In this document: positions 51,681-64,000 of the stretch, in pieces
How positions within the stretch are numbered: position 1 is the first letter of the stretch
Layout of the letters: each line of letters starts with the position of its first letter
NCBI RefSeq assembly: GCF_009914755.1
Contig: NC_060933.1
Length of the DNA stretch: 64,000 bases
Reading direction: 5' to 3' (one strand)
DNA from: the human T2T-CHM13v2.0 reference genome, Homo sapiens
Made by a program: the position numbers and the translations under genes
The notes under the pieces: model-generated
Told to the model about the DNA's origin: nothing
Seen by the model: only the letters and a program-made list of their open reading frames with translations
Database searches by the model: none

Positions 51681-54600
51681 TGAGGCTCTAGGAGGCTTCC
51701 AACTGCCAGTTGTCCTCACCCACCACTTCTCCTGAGCTGGAAACAACTGTCCCTCTCAATGAAGGGTGGCTTTGGTGCAGGTGAGAGAGCTGGATCAGGG
51801 AGAGCAGGGACAGGGTGGGCTGCCAGAAGTAGGTCCTGCCTGGGCTCCACTTCCACAGAGAAGGGAGGACCAAAGAGGCCACAAAGGCTGAGGACAGGCT
51901 GTAAGCTAGTGACCATGGTGTGTGTCCTGGTTGGTCTCTGCTTCAGGTACATGAAGCCATGGAAATGTCAGACTCGCCTAGACCACACTGATAGGTAAGT
52001 CATTCCTTCTATGGGCTGGAACCAGCCAAAGGGTAGAACACTAAACTGGGAAACATTCACTCCAATCCTTGGCCCTGAGGGAGAAAGATGGGTACCTGCT
52101 CCCTGCTTTGTAATTGCAAGCAGGATGGTGTGATCCCTGAGTGTTCTACCCTGACCAGTTATCTGTGAAAGCCCTGTTTGAGCCATCAGCAAAGGGTCTT
52201 ATACCTCTAATATTTATTTAACATCTCAAATCAATTCTCAAGATCTCCGATATCCTGAACACATTGCTTTTTAATGCATTTCCCTGTTAACATGTAATTG
52301 ACTAAGGCTGCCTACAGGGTGAAGCTACAAATTCTGGCCTGGCATTCACAGCTTGGCACTGTCTTTAATCTGAGCCCCTATACAAATGGTCTTTTTTCCT
52401 GATAAACAGATTCCATGTCACCACTGCCACATGACTGCATGTTCCTGACTTGTGGCCCACAATGCTGTCCCCACTTCTTATCCTTCAATATCCAGGTCAA
52501 CCCAACTTCCCCAAGCAGTTCTTTCCCGAGCCCCATTGGACTTGCTCCTTCCTCCCATCCCCAGCACAGGATGTCCTATCCCTAGTTTGCCAACGGTTCA
52601 GTGGACACATAAGAGAGCTTCTGAGATGCTGGGCATGAGCATGCTGCAGACACAGCCCTTGTCCTGGAAGACTGAAGAAGACAAGCATGCAATGCATCAT
52701 CACAGGCCCACATGGTAGGCCCAAAGCAGTGATAAGTAGGAGATGCTGGGGTGACACAGAAGGAAAGGTTTGCTGTGCAGTAGATCAGGGAAGGTTTAAA
52801 AGGAAAGGTAGTTTCAAACTGAAATCTTTATAGATGAATCAGAGCTTGCAAGGAGGAAAAGAGAGCAAACATTCCTCTGATTAAGGAGAAGGCTGGATCC
52901 AGTGGACATGGCCCAAGACCCCAGCTGGAAGCTAGCTTTCTTCAGGCTACTGTCTGGCACAAATCTCCGCATAACAATTACCAAAGGGCCTAAAGGGACA
53001 ATATTTCGTGTCTACACTTTGCATCCCTGCTGTCATCGAAGTCAACATTTACTCAGCAGGCTGGCTTTCCTTATCCCCCTCCACCATATTGGTGCTTCCC
53101 TCTGTCAAAAGTCAGCATTAAACTAGAGATTTGAGTATCCATTTTAATAACTTTTGCAACTCCTCATTATCTTGCCTCATTATCATTATCTTGCCAATAA
53201 GAACATATTCTCACAAAACGCACTTCTTTTCTTAGCAAAGACAAATTTAGACTAAGATCCTCAATTCTTTTACCTGATACAAGTTATCCACCTGTCTCTC
53301 CCGGGTGGTATTTTTTTCTCCCATCAATACATTGATAAACCATATTGAATTACATTTCCCATAAAGTCTAAAATACATCCTTAAATGCAAACAAGACAGT
53401 TAAGAAATAAATAAGCATGCAGAATGTCATGAGGGCATTCATAACAATCATCACTGAGGGCCTGATCTATGCATCTATGAGCTGTTCTCAGCTGACCTGA
53501 GGTAGGATGGACCCCAGAGAAACTGTGATAAAACTTTCCAGGGTGCAGATGCTCTTGAGTCTCAGGGAGACACAGAAGGTGTTGAGTGACCTTGAGTGAT
53601 CTACAGACTCACTAATTGATGCCAGGAGCCAGTCAGGTGACTGTGATTCTGTGATGATAATTTCTGTGTTCACGATTCTGGGATTCTGTGTCCCCTAAGC
53701 TTTCTGCTAAAAAAGAAGGCCAGAGCCATCATGCCCTTTACTTAAATGAGTGAAGTCCAGATATACAGACACAGAATGAATACATGAGCATGTCTATAAA
53801 GTCGACTGCTCAGTAAAAGGGGAAAACACACAGTTTATGTTGCTTTATGATATTTTTAACACAGATCTTCAAAGTTACAGGTTAAGACAACATCTGCTGG
53901 GTACACCTACCCTCTAAATTTTTATACCAAGTAGCTCACAGGGCCTCATTCCATACACTGTACATGACGAAACACGCTGATACCAGGTACCATTTTTATT
54001 GGCACCACTTCTGCTTATGAAATTGATAAGAAAAAAAGACTGTCAGAATATAGGAATTTTATGCTCCAGAATTCATACAAGACCGTTTTAAATAACACTC
54101 TTCACTCTCTTTTTTAAATAAGACATTCCAAACCTATACTCTTCACTTTTAATTGCTATAACAGCTTCACTATTTCTTCTAAGACATAACTCACTAAAGA
54201 ACACCTTACAGATTACTTTATTAAAGGTCATTATTACTTTTAAAAAGCAAGACCAGTTGATTTACTTTCTATGTAATGACCCATAATGTAAAATTTGAAT
54301 CAATATTATCATTTGTAGCTTACCAAATGTTGAAGAATTTGAAAAATCTGAACATACTCTCTCAGGTATTTATCTCATTTGTCTGTGTCTACTGGGTAAA
54401 TAAATGCAACAACCCAGAAGACAAATAACTCCAAAGCTGTATGAAAAAAAATTTGCAAGCCTAGTCTTCTGCATATTTCTTTCCTCCCTTGATTGTTTAG
54501 GGAAAAGCTTGCTGTGTCTGACTTTGTATCTCCAGCAGGATCACATTGTTATGTGTCCTATCTGACGTCAACGCTTTGAGAATTCAAAACACATTCTGGG

Positions 54601-54739
54601 CCAAACTCCTGTTGTTGGGGCGGGAGGTGGGAAGAGGAAAAAAGTACAGGAATTCACATGAATCTGCTGTATGGAAATGTGCTCCAGACGATCTGGCAGG
54701 GAGAGTACGCTGACATGGCAATGTGGCCCAGTGGTGACA

Positions 54740-54922
54740 GGCCAGGGCTGTGAGCTAGGGACCTCAGTGGAAACATGGCTCTGTTTCAAATACTCTCCGT
54801 GTCCTTGGGCAAGTGGCTAAATATCTCTGAGCCTTGGTCTCCTCATGTATCTCCCATGGTTTGTGAGGATAGATGAGACAATGCATCCAAGCCCCTAGCT
54901 GTGGCCTGAGCACACAGTAGCC
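54740..54922 (+). mobile_element. MIR
   Basis: gtgtccttgggcaagt...tctctgagcct...gtgaggat core. Confidence 0.7.
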
Positions 54923-57599
54923 TTCTATCACTGATGGCAAAATTGCTACATAAGAACCTCCTGGTTAGGCAATTTGCTCCTCTCAAATCTCTGACCAAAC
55001 TAAACCCAGTGAAATATTTCCATTCCCTGGAACTGCACCTAGTTAATTTATCCACGTTATCAAATCCAGGCACATCTGATTTATAGAAAACTGGAAAGTC
55101 ATCCAGGTTTCTGCCAATTTTCCTTACGTAGAGAATGTTTCTTCCTAAGATTCTCCACCCGTTAAAGGGGAGGATCTTCAAAATCTCTAAAGATGCTCAA
55201 TACGCTCAACCCCAGAGCAAACCAAGAAAACAACAGATACAATATACAAATGGAGTAGGTGGAGTGAGAAATAATTAAAGACAGGTTCCTAGCCATTGCA
55301 CTTTTGCTATCCAAATCACACAGCCGGGATAGAAATAAGAACGTCAAACTCAGCTGAATAGATATTATTTCCTTGATAATTTTCTTAGTCTAGGCAAATC
55401 TTTGCAAGCAATTATTTGAGATCAAATTTGGCGAAGGTTTTAATGTTATAGTTTCTGCATATGCATGAATGTATTCTACCTGCATAGGATGTTTAGAGAA
55501 GAAAAGAAATAGAACATATTTGCCTATTACCTCCAGGTCTAAGGTTACTAAGCAATAAGTCGCGGTCACATGTCAGGCCCTTGTAAAGTGAACTGCTGCA
55601 AATCAGAGTGTGTTGTAGGAGAAAAGTGTAGGAGGAAAAAAGGAAGACAGAATGAGAGACTGGGGATCAAGGAGAGACAAAGGAGAGTAGAGAGCCAGAA
55701 CGTGAGTGACAGGTAACAGGACAAATGTGTAACCCTTTCCGATGTGGAAGCCCACAGTCCTAGAACTTACAGAGGTAGGACTAACAGAGATGAACGGATT
55801 AATATTTCCTAGTATTTCAGTTAAGTGACCAACCACCTCCTTTCAAAGTCTACTGCACAGCACACTGATCTATTTACCAATTATCCTATGTGCCATACTT
55901 TACGCTTATTTTTTTACTTTATGCTTAGATGTCAGGGATCCGAAGTCTATCCTTAACTTACATGCAGTCTATCCTTAACTCTTTCCTTTCCTTTTCTCAT
56001 AAGGGTTACTTACTGAGCTGAGAGTCAGGTATTTAACGGTTTGTGTATTCATGACACTGACTTTTCAATTCACTGAACTTTCCTCCTTCCAGTACTCTCT
56101 CTACACCCATTATTCTGTGCTATCATCTCGTGGCAGTGCCACTAACAGCTCAAGAGAGATCACCTTCTCGTTGCTCTCTGATGTAATGTCTGATGGCCAA
56201 AGCAACTGCCACCACTGCCTTTTAAAAACTGCTCTATTGCACTGCAAACTCAAATCCTATGTGTTGTCACTGTCATTGTAAGTGATGTTGTAAGTGACGT
56301 TTCCCTCTACTAAGTATCTAGGAGATGGGTAATTGCCATTAGCTGGTGTAACAGGCATTCCTTCCAGCCTGAATCTCATGATGATCAATGCTTCCTACTT
56401 TACAAACTTGTCTAAGTTGATGGCTATAATTTGTTTCCCACAAGCTATTGGAAAAGACATTCCTTTTTTTTGCATAATTAGGATACAGATTTACCTTCAC
56501 ACTTTAGTCAGAACAATAACTTATTCAGCATCCCAACGTATTCCAACTCCTTGGGTTATGTCCCCATTCACATAAAACAATATTTCAGCAATAATCAACA
56601 GAGCAGCCTTGGGATATTGCACCAAACCAGTCATCAAAAGAGCCAAGGAGACAACTAGACAGACCTATAGTAAGTGGCTACTTGAATGGGTGGACTCTAA
56701 TTTTGAACTTCAATGGACCCATTAGCACTGTGTCAAGAGCACAAAGGTACAACTTGGCTGAACAGGCATCTGTTCCCATTGCATCCTAGGTCATTTGCTT
56801 ATAGAAATAGCTCATTTGCTCAGGTCCGCTTAGTATCTCTTTGCCAGATTTAGCCAGAAGCAGACACAAATGAACTTATAACAGACAACACAGATTATTC
56901 CTGTAGACAGTAGTGACTCTTCTTTTTTTTGAGTATCACTAGTGAGGCACAGTGAGCATTTAATGTTGGCTCCAGGGCACAAGTGAAGGCCAAAAGAATG
57001 CATTTGTAACCTATCTGTTTGGAATTGTGAAGAACAGTAAACAGAGGACGTGGTGGTGTGGTCATTTTAAATTTAATGTAAATATACCATAGTCAGTTTT
57101 TATTCAATTTGTAACATGTAGAATGTATTTGCATGTATACACGGTTGTGTGCAAACACCTGCAAGAGTGCTTTCCAATTCAATAGTGCTCCACTCCCTAA
57201 GAATGTGAGTTTCTGAAGTTCTGATACTACTTGAATGTTAATAGCACGCTACAAACCACACACACACACACACACTCAACTATGGAGAGTAAATTTTAAT
57301 TGGCTTTTCCCAAGCTATACTTGTATTCATTTCTACATTAAAAAATTATTTGAAATAATTCAATTTTTTTCTATCATAAAATTAATATGTGGTCATGATA
57401 GAACACTTTAAAAATAACAGTAGGAAAAGAAAAAAGTTCCCATAGTTGAATTGCCCACATAAAACTATTGTATTTTTGTTAATTTTTGTTTTCTTCCAGT
57501 CTTTGAGCTATGCATAATTTTGGAGGTTATTTTATGGCAGTATATCCAAAATAACTTTGAGATAATGAAAAGCCATTTTTGTACCATTGTTGTCTCACT

Positions 57600-57745
57600 C
57601 AGAAGCCACTAGCTACATGTGGCTACTGAGCACTTAAAATGTGGCTAATGCAACTGAAAAAATGAGTTTTAAATTTATTTAACTTCAACTAACTAAAACT
57701 AAAATTTAAAGTTACATGGGGTCTGCAGCTACTATATTAGTGCAG
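57600..57745. mobile_element. MER3 within an old L1M fragment (~57340-58430)
   Basis: agccactagctacatgtggctactgagcactt.aaatgtggcta. Confidence 0.7.
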
Positions 57746-59789
57746 TTTTAAAGGACTGTGAACCCTAGATGTAAAATCTTATGTTCTATATTTTGCTCTC
57801 AACATTCTAGTCTAAGCATTTTTTTTTTGTCAAATTCTTAAGTTATAGTGGGCTTAACTGTACTTCTACTGTGAAATACTTAGTTTTTTTGTGTACTATT
57901 ATAAATAACACTACAATTTATAACCTTGTACACAGGAATTTTCATGGTTGAAATTTTCTATGTAACAGCCTATGAAAGCATATTGCAAATTTTAAGGCTC
58001 TTGGTTACAGGCTACCAAATAACTTTCCGCAGGGGGTGAACAAACTTATTCATCTCGTAGTGATGTGTGAACTTACTCGTTTGATTGTTTCCTCTTAAGC
58101 GGGAGAGCTACCCTTTTAGAATCTTTTTCATATCAAATTACATGTGGCATGAAATGACACATCAAGGTGAAAAAATGATAGCTTGCTGTCTTGGTTGGAA
58201 TTTCTTTGAACAGCAGTGAGGCTGAAGATTTTCCAACAGATTACTTACTAACATGTAGTATTTTCTCTTTTCGAGAATTGTCTGCTCCTGTCTTTTTGTC
58301 CATGAAAATCAGTCTGCTCAGGTTTTTTTGCTCTTAATGTTTTGTTATAAATTTGTATGCAGTCTTTATATACTGAAGTCATTAACCATGATTTTAATGT
58401 TTCTTACTAACTTGTCATTTTGAATTTTGAGTGTTTCAAAGAAGTTATTAAGAGAATGTTTGAAATAAGATTAAAACAGCTTTGATATTTCTAAGATTGA
58501 CCTTTCCTAACTTAGAAAACAGTTCTACTTTTACAAAAATCAAATGTCAGTTTCCCAATGGGTGTTTTCCTTAAAGTCAGCTCAGTTTATGGCACCACCT
58601 AACTTGCTGAATATAAGCCACTGCCCATCCTGAAATAGCATTTTGCAAACTGTAGGAGAGTTGTTCGCAGGAGCAAAGTGTGTTTGGATGTCAGCTTCCT
58701 TTATTGCACTTGTCCACTTTCTGATCTTACAGTTGATGAACAGTGACTTGGCCAAATTACAGGAGATTTTGGATAAAGAGAAATGGAACTACACTGTGAG
58801 GATGCAGAGGTAAGAGACTAAACAGAAAGCAGGCTTAGATGACACAACTGAGCTAAGAAACACTAAATACCTTGGTAATGTCCCAGGAAGATTTGATCTA
58901 GCTAATAAACCAACAAAGCACACATCAGCGCATCAGACAGAATCTGAACAAATTCTCAGTGTGTTAGGCCAGGAAAATCTACATTTGGGGGAAATAGGAT
59001 GAAATAAATAACCCAAAACAATTCAGTAAAATATTTCCTTCATTGTCTCAAAATATTTTTATGGATGGGTCAGTCTGGCCCAGAAACACACGTGGTTGCC
59101 TGATTCTTTGGCCAACATGATAGGGTGGTATCAGTGGATAAGAATTTGGTCTGCCTTGTGTCCAAAGAGATAAGTTCAAAGGACCTGTATGACACCTGAG
59201 CCCTGCTCAGTGAGGTGCCAGTGTCCTGATGTGCCCATGACTATGTCCACACTGAAGTTCTTTTCTTTATCTTTTGGTTTCTAAGTTTTCTCTCTTCCCT
59301 TTGTCTACCCACCAAAGACTGTAAGCATATGGTGAGCATTTCCATTAAGAAAAATCAGACAGTAGGTAAAAATAGAGAAATAACATAGGCAATCAGAGTA
59401 AGTTTGGAACTGAAGGACAGTAATAAGCAGATACATTGATCAAATGACAAGAAAGCAGGTGTAACTTATTGGCTTAAAAGTTTTTGCATACAAAATACAT
59501 AAAATATTCTGAATACAAGTCCTTTTAAAATGAGCTTAGCGCATTATATTTCTAAGGCCATGTTATATTATTTTTAAATAATAATGAATTTGTTATATAA
59601 TTAATAGTTGGTTTTCTTTTTAGTCTTTTCATTTTCAGGAACAATACAGGATGAAATTTTTTAGACTCTGATATGTATTTTTGGCTATATGAATGTTATT
59701 ACTTTTTATGAAGCTTAATATTAATGATAACTAGCATTGTTTAGTACAAATATACACTAGACAATGCTAAGAGCATTTTAGTGTGTAAA

Positions 59790-60117
59790 AGGCACTGGCA
59801 AGCATTTCTATAAAGGGTCAGATAGTAAATATTCCAGTTTGTTGGCCACACTGTCTGTCATAACTAGTCAACTCTGCCCATGTACCAGGAAAGCACCTCT
59901 AGACAATATACAACAAATGAGTGTGGCTGGGTTCCAATAAAACTTTGTTTGGATGCTGAACTTTAAATTTCAAGTAATTTTCATGTGTCATAAAAATTCT
60001 TACTTTGATTTTTTTCAACCATTTTAAAATGTAAAAACCAATTTTAGTTGGCTAAGTGTACAATAACAGACAGTGGGCTGGATCTGGCCTGTGGGCCATA
60101 GAGTTTACTGACTCTTG
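59790..60117. mobile_element. MER58B
   Basis: aaagggtcagatagtaaatatt...ggctggatctggcctgtgggccatag. Confidence 0.8.
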
Positions 60118-61884
60118 GTGTAAAACAGCATTGAATACTCATATGGCATGAGAAGACTGATAAAAAGGAAGTTGAGTAACACATGTAGAAGGAAGGTAAA
60201 TAATTATCACAGCCACCTGAATTATTAGTAACATTCCAATTTTATATGTTTTAAAAGTCTGAGCATATTTACTTATAATTTATGTTTGTACAATTTATTA
60301 TGTACAACAAAGCACATATATGGAAATAAAAGCAAAAGTAAGGTCTCCCCCGATAAATCTGTCATTATATCTTTGAGCCTTAATTTTGTCCTTGTCTTTT
60401 TTTCTTCATAGTTCTTGGTTAGATATTAGGTTTCTTACTTTCCTTTTTATTTCCCCAAAAAGCATCCATTTTCTTTCTTCCCACGGCACAGAGGATGCAA
60501 CACAGGAAAGGCAATCAGTGTTTTAATTCATTCACTTAACTTTTAGTGTCAGGGCAGTATATTTAGCCAGATGTTGCACACATGTAAAAAATGCCTTTCC
60601 AGATGTTCTAATGCCATATATCTGGCATTTTAAACCAGTAAAATTACTGTAAAACAGTGCTCATTTGAAGACACAGGTAAACTTTTCATAATACTTTAAG
60701 CAGCTTAAAAAAATTCTATAAACATTCTTTGTTAATGAGAGACTAATAATAGTCTGCATATGGATTTACTCCATCCCTGCTTTTCCTCTTGATTCTTCCA
60801 GGAGAATGACTGACAAGTTAAGGAGGGCAGGGACAATAAACCTCTCAGCTTTGGTTTCTGTATCTACTAAAAGGTATGGTTATGAGATTTTTTGGGCAAA
60901 CTCTTGGCTAAAATCCTGTTACATATTGTATATATTATCTGTAGACTTCAGTGATTTATTTTGTCCATGTTCTATTACCAGTGCTTTTGACAGTGCACAC
61001 CAGAGCAAGGCCCTGGCACCTTTAAAAGCAATGTTTACTGTCTGCTTGAAAAATCAGTGTCACTACGTTGACTTACTTGTAGGTACAACAAATTCACTCA
61101 AATACATGTGGGTTTACTGAAAAGGACCCCCTTCCCTGCAAACTGTAAAGTGCTTGATCAGCTTTGCACTAACAAGCTTTGAGAAAAAAATGGGCTTTTT
61201 CTCTGTACCTCCTTTTTAAACGCAGCATTCCATATAATGCACATGTGACTAACTAATATAGAAGGCAAAAATGGTATAGAATTTAGGAAGAACTACGCAT
61301 TTTTTGACAAAAAGTATTAATTACACCCATGAAAAACTGAGAAATGGCTGTAAAGTGTTAAGGTTGAAGGTTTCAATATTTTGCCCCAAATAAGAGTTTT
61401 CTTCTTCTCTTTACTCTTTTAAGAAAAGTTTGCAGAATAATTTTTCAACATTTTAAATAAAGTGTTTTAAAAAAGTTTGCATTATGACCTATTACTAAGT
61501 TACGCAGTCAGAAGACAAAAAAGAAAAAAAAAAACCAATGTTCCACTAGGTAAGAAAATTGTACTGTGTTAGGACGTTAAAAGATCTCTTCCAGTAGCTA
61601 TTAAACAAGTGCGATGGGTGATAGATCCAACACAAAAACACACCTTTAAATACAACTAACAGAAACATACAAATCAGACACAATCAGCTCCTTCTATAGT
61701 GAAGGACTGTGGGGTGGGATGGAAGATCATTCAAGCATCATGAAGAAAGCAGACAACGTTGAAAGACCTGAGGGAAAACCTGGAGAGATGAATACATGGA
61801 CAAATGCCAGTGATTCTGTTGGGAAAAAATGCTGGGTAAAAGATGAGGGAGAGTTGTCCCACAGTCACCAGTACAGAATCATAG

Positions 61885-62515
<631 letters not shown>

Positions 62516-64000
62516 TCAACTATTCAGGAACAATGTGTGTTATGAGCTGGCTGACATTCAGTTTATGGCTAATATCCATTTGGATTGGCTGATCTTTTTT
62601 TTTTAAACTGATAGCTATGCCATACTTGTTAAATAGTACATTTCTGAGGTTTTGTAAGTTTATAAGCTGTACGGTTTTATTCAACTACAAAAACATCTGA
62701 AATTCCCCAAACTGTTTCTGCCACCCTCCACCAATATCTTCCTTAAGGTTTGAATAAGTGATTAAGGAACTGCTGCTCCTGGTCTAACTCTCAGCTTCCC
62801 ACTGGAAGTCAGAAACTCAAAGTAGAAGGAATTCTGGCAGTGACCATGTGCTCATAACAGCTGGCATAAAATAAAAGGTACACAGATTTATATATTTCCT
62901 CTGACTTTAGGAATGTAATAGCAATTCGGATCAGAGTGCAAGGAAGAAATCATACATAGTCTAAATTACCCTTAAAAGTACATTTTGAATGCACCCCATG
63001 GTGACCATGAGACCATCTTGCCATTCCATATTTCGGATACAGACTGCCATTCTCTTAGTGGTAGGAAAGTTATAGTTACTGTAGTGAAGGATGAAGTTTG
63101 GTTTTGTCTTGTGTTTGCAGTTAGTGGCCTTGCTGAACAAGAATTAGTGTCACTGAACTAGGCTCGCACTTTGCACTGAGAAGTGCTCACACTACATGAG
63201 GCATCCAGGAACCAGGACTAACTGTGGGAAGAATGGATCCGACTTCTCCATCACATTATTTGACTGCATGCCTTCATTTGATGAAGGCAGCCCAGAGCCT
63301 TTTGGATAATTTACTCCCTCTTAATTCTCCCCCAACCCCTTTTTCCTGGGCACTTATAACTATATTCTTACAAATACGCAATGTGACTCTACTGTGTAAT
63401 TACATAGCCATGTGTCTCTAAAAGTAACACCAGCCGTAAAAGATTTAGACAGTCTGAAAGAGATTATTTGGTTTGCTTAATCCAATGCATTCTGATGAAG
63501 GTGAAAGGGAATTTCCAAAATCATTGGGCTAGCTTTCCAATGATTTAAACTTTTAAAAGGACAAAATGGGGTGGGTAGAGGATTATGAAGAAAATTACAT
63601 AATCAAGGATAATTAGGTAATATAATGACTTGTAAGAATTACCATCTTGCTGTATGCTACTATTAGTAGGTACTCAAAACTTGTTAAATAACTAAAGGTA
63701 AAAACTGAAAATGACTCAACACTTCTGAAAAATGCCCAGGGCAACTTGGATTTAAATAAAATCTCCAGGAACTTCCAGGAAAAAACTATTTACTTCATTC
63801 TGTTCCCCGAGACCCCAAGAAAATGAAACAACAATAACAACAACAAAACCTAATGAAGAAACTGGGAAATAATTCAAGCCACAGATGTGGAAGGATGTCT
63901 GCCAAATATATGGTATCGGCAGTGAACCCAGAAAGGATGCTGAAAACTATTAATCACCTTTCCATATTTCAATCAGGCTGAGATTTGTGTGAGTAAATGA

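Overview
Human (hominid) genomic DNA containing the 3' end of GNAQ (G-alpha-q) on the minus strand. The penultimate coding exon is 47463-47616 (154 nt). The last exon has CDS 40277-40467 ending ...LKEYNLV* and a ~5.2 kb almost repeat-free 3'UTR reaching ~35063. Everything from 47617 to 64000 is intron. The first ~31 kb is intergenic and almost entirely transposon. One ancient, apparently full-length L1MC-type LINE (~505-25100) has been stretched to ~24.6 kb by nested insertions, most with readable target-site duplications: AluYa5, a THE1 solo LTR, an internally deleted L1PA, a full-length L1MA carrying a full-length THE1B, an SVA, short L1 3' ends and Alus. Almost all ORFs in the supplied track are repeat-derived noise. 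I see no new multi-gene system. The most unusual unexplained details are (i) an intronic hairpin presenting AAUAAA in its loop just upstream of the weak final GNAQ acceptor, (ii) an Alu whose poly(A) tail is replaced by a G-quadruplex-type G-tract, (iii) a 34-nt tailless U2 snRNA retrocopy, and (iv) a microhomology-deleted L1PA that keeps its 5'UTR promoters. Repeat subfamily names come from remembered consensus motifs and need RepeatMasker/Dfam confirmation.
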